64,000 nt of DNA from Eledone cirrhosa (Eukaryota), in assembly GCA_964016885.1 (NCBI GenBank), contig OZ024756.1, positions 3,410,001-3,474,000 on the forward strand. The letters are read 5' to 3'. Shown piece after piece: positions 61,119-64,000 of the stretch. The translations under genes were made by a program, and so were the position numbers. Under the pieces are notes generated by a model. It made no database searches and was not told the DNA's origin. It was given only the letters and a program-made list of their open reading frames with translations. Within the stretch, counting starts at the first letter, position 1, and each line of letters starts with the position of its first letter.

Positions 61119-63195
61119 ATACTTTGGGAGGGTCATGTTGCCAATAAGAAACACACGCACCAGTTGCTCTCACTTCAATTTATTATATATTTATAAATTT
61201 ATAAATTTATAAATTTCTGGTTGGTTGGTTGGTTCCACAACCAGATAGTTGTTTATATATATAGTCATAGTCATTTCGTCACACACTCTGTGACCTCTTC
61301 AGTGACTGGGGATTCCTTCATCGTTTCTGTGCCTTTCCTTTCTTCTATCCTACGCCATTTTGTTTTTGTGTGTGTGTTGTGTGCTCAGTTTGCGCATGCG
61401 CCACATCCGGGTGTCTGTGTGTGTTTGTGTTCATTTATCTATTTGTTTATTTATTTATTTATTTATTGTTGGTTGGTTGTTTGTTCTATGTGTGTGTGTG
61501 TTTTCATTTTGTCCTTAATTGTAAGTTGTGATGTTGCTGTTCCACTCATATTTTCTATTTAATTTTGGTTTTAATTCTTTTATGCTTACTGCCTCTGTAA
61601 TTTGCCTAAACATTGCGTCTTTTCTGTGTGTGGATTCTATTTTTATTTCTATGCTCTCTAATCTACCCCTGTGTTCTATCTTAGCATGTTGGTAGAGCAC
61701 AGATGATTCTTTATTATCTTGGAGGTCTCGCCAGTGTTCATTTATTCGTTCCCCTATACTACGAGCTGTCTCACCTATGTACACTATATTTTTGTTTCTA
61801 CATTGTCCTTCAGTACATCTTATGCTATACACTACATTTCTAGTTTTACAGTTAATATGGGGGCTTATTTTACAGGTTATACATTTCTTATCTATACATG
61901 AGGGTCTTTGGAACGGGTATGTCTTGCTAATAAGTGTTTTTACGGAGGTACCAGGTCTTTCTACTATCTTAATATTGAGATTATGTTTATTTAGGGCCCT
62001 TCTAAATTTGTAGGCTAGTTCGCCTCTAGGGGTTGTATTGATGAACATTACACTCTGGTATTTATTGCTATCATACCATGAGTTTATTCTATTGGCCTTG
62101 TTCCTAGTTCTTTCTATTCTATTCCAAAATTTGCTCCTATACAAGGGGCAGGTCCCATTTATGTCATTATTTACCATTTTTTCCCATTTGGTTCTGGCTC
62201 CTTTATACACTCTGATTCTATCTCTCTGATTGTAGCCAGAGAACTGCATACGGTGGATGAAGTGTTGTATGTGTCTCTCTAGTTCTTCGGGGTTGCACAT
62301 GCGGGACACATTTCTCATCACCCGTACCAAATCCGCAATCAGTATGTTGATTTTGGTATGGTCCGAAATGGCCGAGTTTCGGTGGATCAGATGTTTGGAA
62401 GTCATGGGTTTGGCATAATGGGAATGGAGGATTTGTTTTTGGTTGTTAATGGTATCTAACCAGAGCTCTGTGTCTAGTACAGGTAATCGATGGTTGGGGT
62501 GTCTACTTGGGTAGTCTATAGTAACTCTAATGCTCTGGTGGATGGAGTTTGCTATTTGCTGGATGCTTTCCATTGTGTTTTTCTCTAGTTCCTGACTGTT
62601 CTTTAGTGGGGGTGTCTTAACTACGATGTTTATATCATCTACGTAGCGGGAGTACATTATCAGGGTTAAGCTGTCTTCTAATTGTTCATTAAGTTTTTGT
62701 TTAAGTCTACTGTCCCACCATACCATGAATAAGTTAGCTATGTCGCCTGCAATGCTAACACCAATGGATGCTCCTTCCTCTTGGGCATATGTTTTACCAT
62801 TAAATTTGAACATATGTTCCTTAAGGGTTAATTTTATGCTGGCCCCTACCGCATGTGCAATCATTTTCTTCAGTTCATCGTGGTTTTCGGGTGTCCGTAT
62901 GGCTCTGGTCCACCCGTTCCATCTATCTGTGTGGGTTTTCTTGGCCATTGAGGTAATGGTAGGTGGTCTGCCTCTTGCTGGTCTTGTAGGGCACAGGTTG
63001 CTAAGGTCATAAGTGTCTAGGTAACTATTACTATGGGTAAGCTTAAGTAGAAGTCCCAGCTCACTGGTATCAATCCCACGGAACTCAACCTTGCTCTCGC
63101 TGATCATTTCTACGCATTTCTCCACAGCAAAATCCACGTCAATAGATGGATACAGGGACACAACATCCATACTGCCTATTATGCAGTTTGTTAGG
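61113..63195 (-). mobile_element. Penelope-like element (5'-truncated) with 3' pLTR ending in (TA)n
   Basis: RT+GIY-YIG frame, ~400-bp 3' non-coding region with a hammerhead motif, terminus tgaccctcccaaagtataacaa(TA)n. Confidence 0.9.
61263..61307 (-). ncRNA. Type I hammerhead motif in the Penelope pLTR
   Basis: agtca CTGAAGA g gtcaca-gagtg-tgtgac GAAA tgac TA^ tgact. Confidence 0.7.
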
Positions 63196-63272
63196 TCCCC
63201 AGATCGGTTACCCGCGCCGATTCTGCTGATAATTTTGCTGGCTAATAAATTAACGAGCAAGAGACTGAGCAT
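61515..63272 (-). CDS. Penelope-type reverse transcriptase + GIY-YIG endonuclease (open frame, N-terminally truncated; first ~25 codons probably flanking DNA)
   Basis: SMDVVSLYPSI, EGASIG..IANLFM, YVDD, LPVLD; Cys linker CIDKKCITC; NVVYSIRC..YIGETARSIGERINEH. Confidence 0.88.
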   Translation of the reverse strand: MLSLLLVNLLASKIISRIGAGNRSGDLTNCIIGSMDVVSLYPSIDVDFAVEKCVEMISESKVEFRGIDTSELGLLLKLTHSNSYLDTYDLSNLCPTRPARGRPPTITSMAKKTHTDRWNGWTRAIRTPENHDELKKMIAHAVGASIKLTLKEHMFKFNGKTYAQEEGASIGVSIAGDIANLFMVWWDSRLKQKLNEQLEDSLTLIMYSRYVDDINIVVKTPPLKNSQELEKNTMESIQQIANSIHQSIRVTIDYPSRHPNHRLPVLDTELWLDTINNQKQILHSHYAKPMTSKHLIHRNSAISDHTKINILIADLVRVMRNVSRMCNPEELERHIQHFIHRMQFSGYNQRDRIRVYKGARTKWEKMVNNDINGTCPLYRSKFWNRIERTRNKANRINSWYDSNKYQSVMFINTTPRGELAYKFRRALNKHNLNIKIVERPGTSVKTLISKTYPFQRPSCIDKKCITCKISPHINCKTRNVVYSIRCTEGQCRNKNIVYIGETARSIGERINEHWRDLQDNKESSVLYQHAKIEHRGRLESIEIKIESTHRKDAMFRQITEAVSIKELKPKLNRKYEWNSNITTYN

Positions 63273-63433
63273 TCTAGAGACACGTGTATCCTGTCGGCCA
63301 TTCTCAGGGAGATTCAGTATGACATAATTTATGACAACACTGGGCCGTTTTAATTACAAGTACAGTCCAGTGTCCGTCAACTCAATTTCCTTCACAGTGC
63401 ATGGCTCCACATTTGCTCAATATGTCACTCAAT

Positions 63434-63616
63434 CGGTGGATTGGCAGTATCGGTAGAGGGTCGGACGCCATGTTTTGCAGCAAAGAGTTATGGCCCTTTA
63501 TGGTCTGAGTTCAAATCCCGCCGAGGTTAACTTTGCCTTTCATCCTTACGGGGTCGATAAAATAAAGTACCCATAATACACTAGGATAATTGCTGGCCTT
63601 GTGCCAAAAGTAGGAA
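63434..63616 (+). mobile_element. tRNA-derived SINE with 16-bp TSD
   Basis: caatatgtcactcaat at 63418-63433 and 63617-63632. Confidence 0.9.
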
Positions 63617-63810
63617 CAATATGTCACTCAATGAGATTGAATCTATGACCTAATAGTTGCAAATCAAACTCCTTAAATATTTTACTCTATACTGTATCCA
63701 TACACTCGAATTTATGCAGCAAGTTAACCAGCGTCAATTTTGAACTAAAAGCGCAGAAAGTCGGAACATTCACTGCAAGGTATTTTAATTTGACACCGTT
63801 AATATATATA

Positions 63811-64000
63811 TACTAGCATTAAAGCCCCGCGTTGCTCGGGGTCAGTAAGTTACCAAAGTTAGGTTGCACCACCGATTTTATGGCAGCACTTTTTTTGTCT
63901 GCCAGGCACTGGGTGAATGAATTGCAGACCTGGACTGCCGAAGCAGGAGCTGCGCCAGCAGTGACAATTGTAGTTTCGCCTATGGATATTATCTCTGTGC
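63811..64000 (-). mobile_element. Helitron-like 3' end
   Basis: - strand ccccg-agcaacg-cgggg hairpin followed by CTAG|T. Confidence 0.55.

Overview
Eukaryotic, gene-free, very repeat-rich window. The (TA)n-dominated background and the tRNA-derived SINE families suggest an octopod or other mollusc genome (inference). No host exons were recognised, and almost all ORF-track entries are microsatellite translations. Real coding content is all transposon-derived: an apparently intact two-ORF Tx1-clade LINE (24.2-30.0 kb, -), a 5'-truncated Penelope-like element with an open RT+GIY-YIG frame (61.1-63.2 kb, -), and decayed CR1, RTE, R4/Dong and mariner pieces. There are also Helitron-like ends, about 13 SINE copies, several minisatellites and a 200-N gap. 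The main unexplained signal is a dense set of short (100-450 bp) non-coding elements embedded in (TA)n. Many carry type I hammerhead-ribozyme motifs (CTGANGA-stem II-GAAA-short stem III-UH), with stem II covariation between copies. Many are asymmetric snap-back palindromes whose fold-back point often falls within the ribozyme itself. One family shows a flip/flop central spacer. These look like Penelope-mobilised, retrozyme-like elements. All ribozyme calls were made by eye and need covariance-model and biochemical confirmation.
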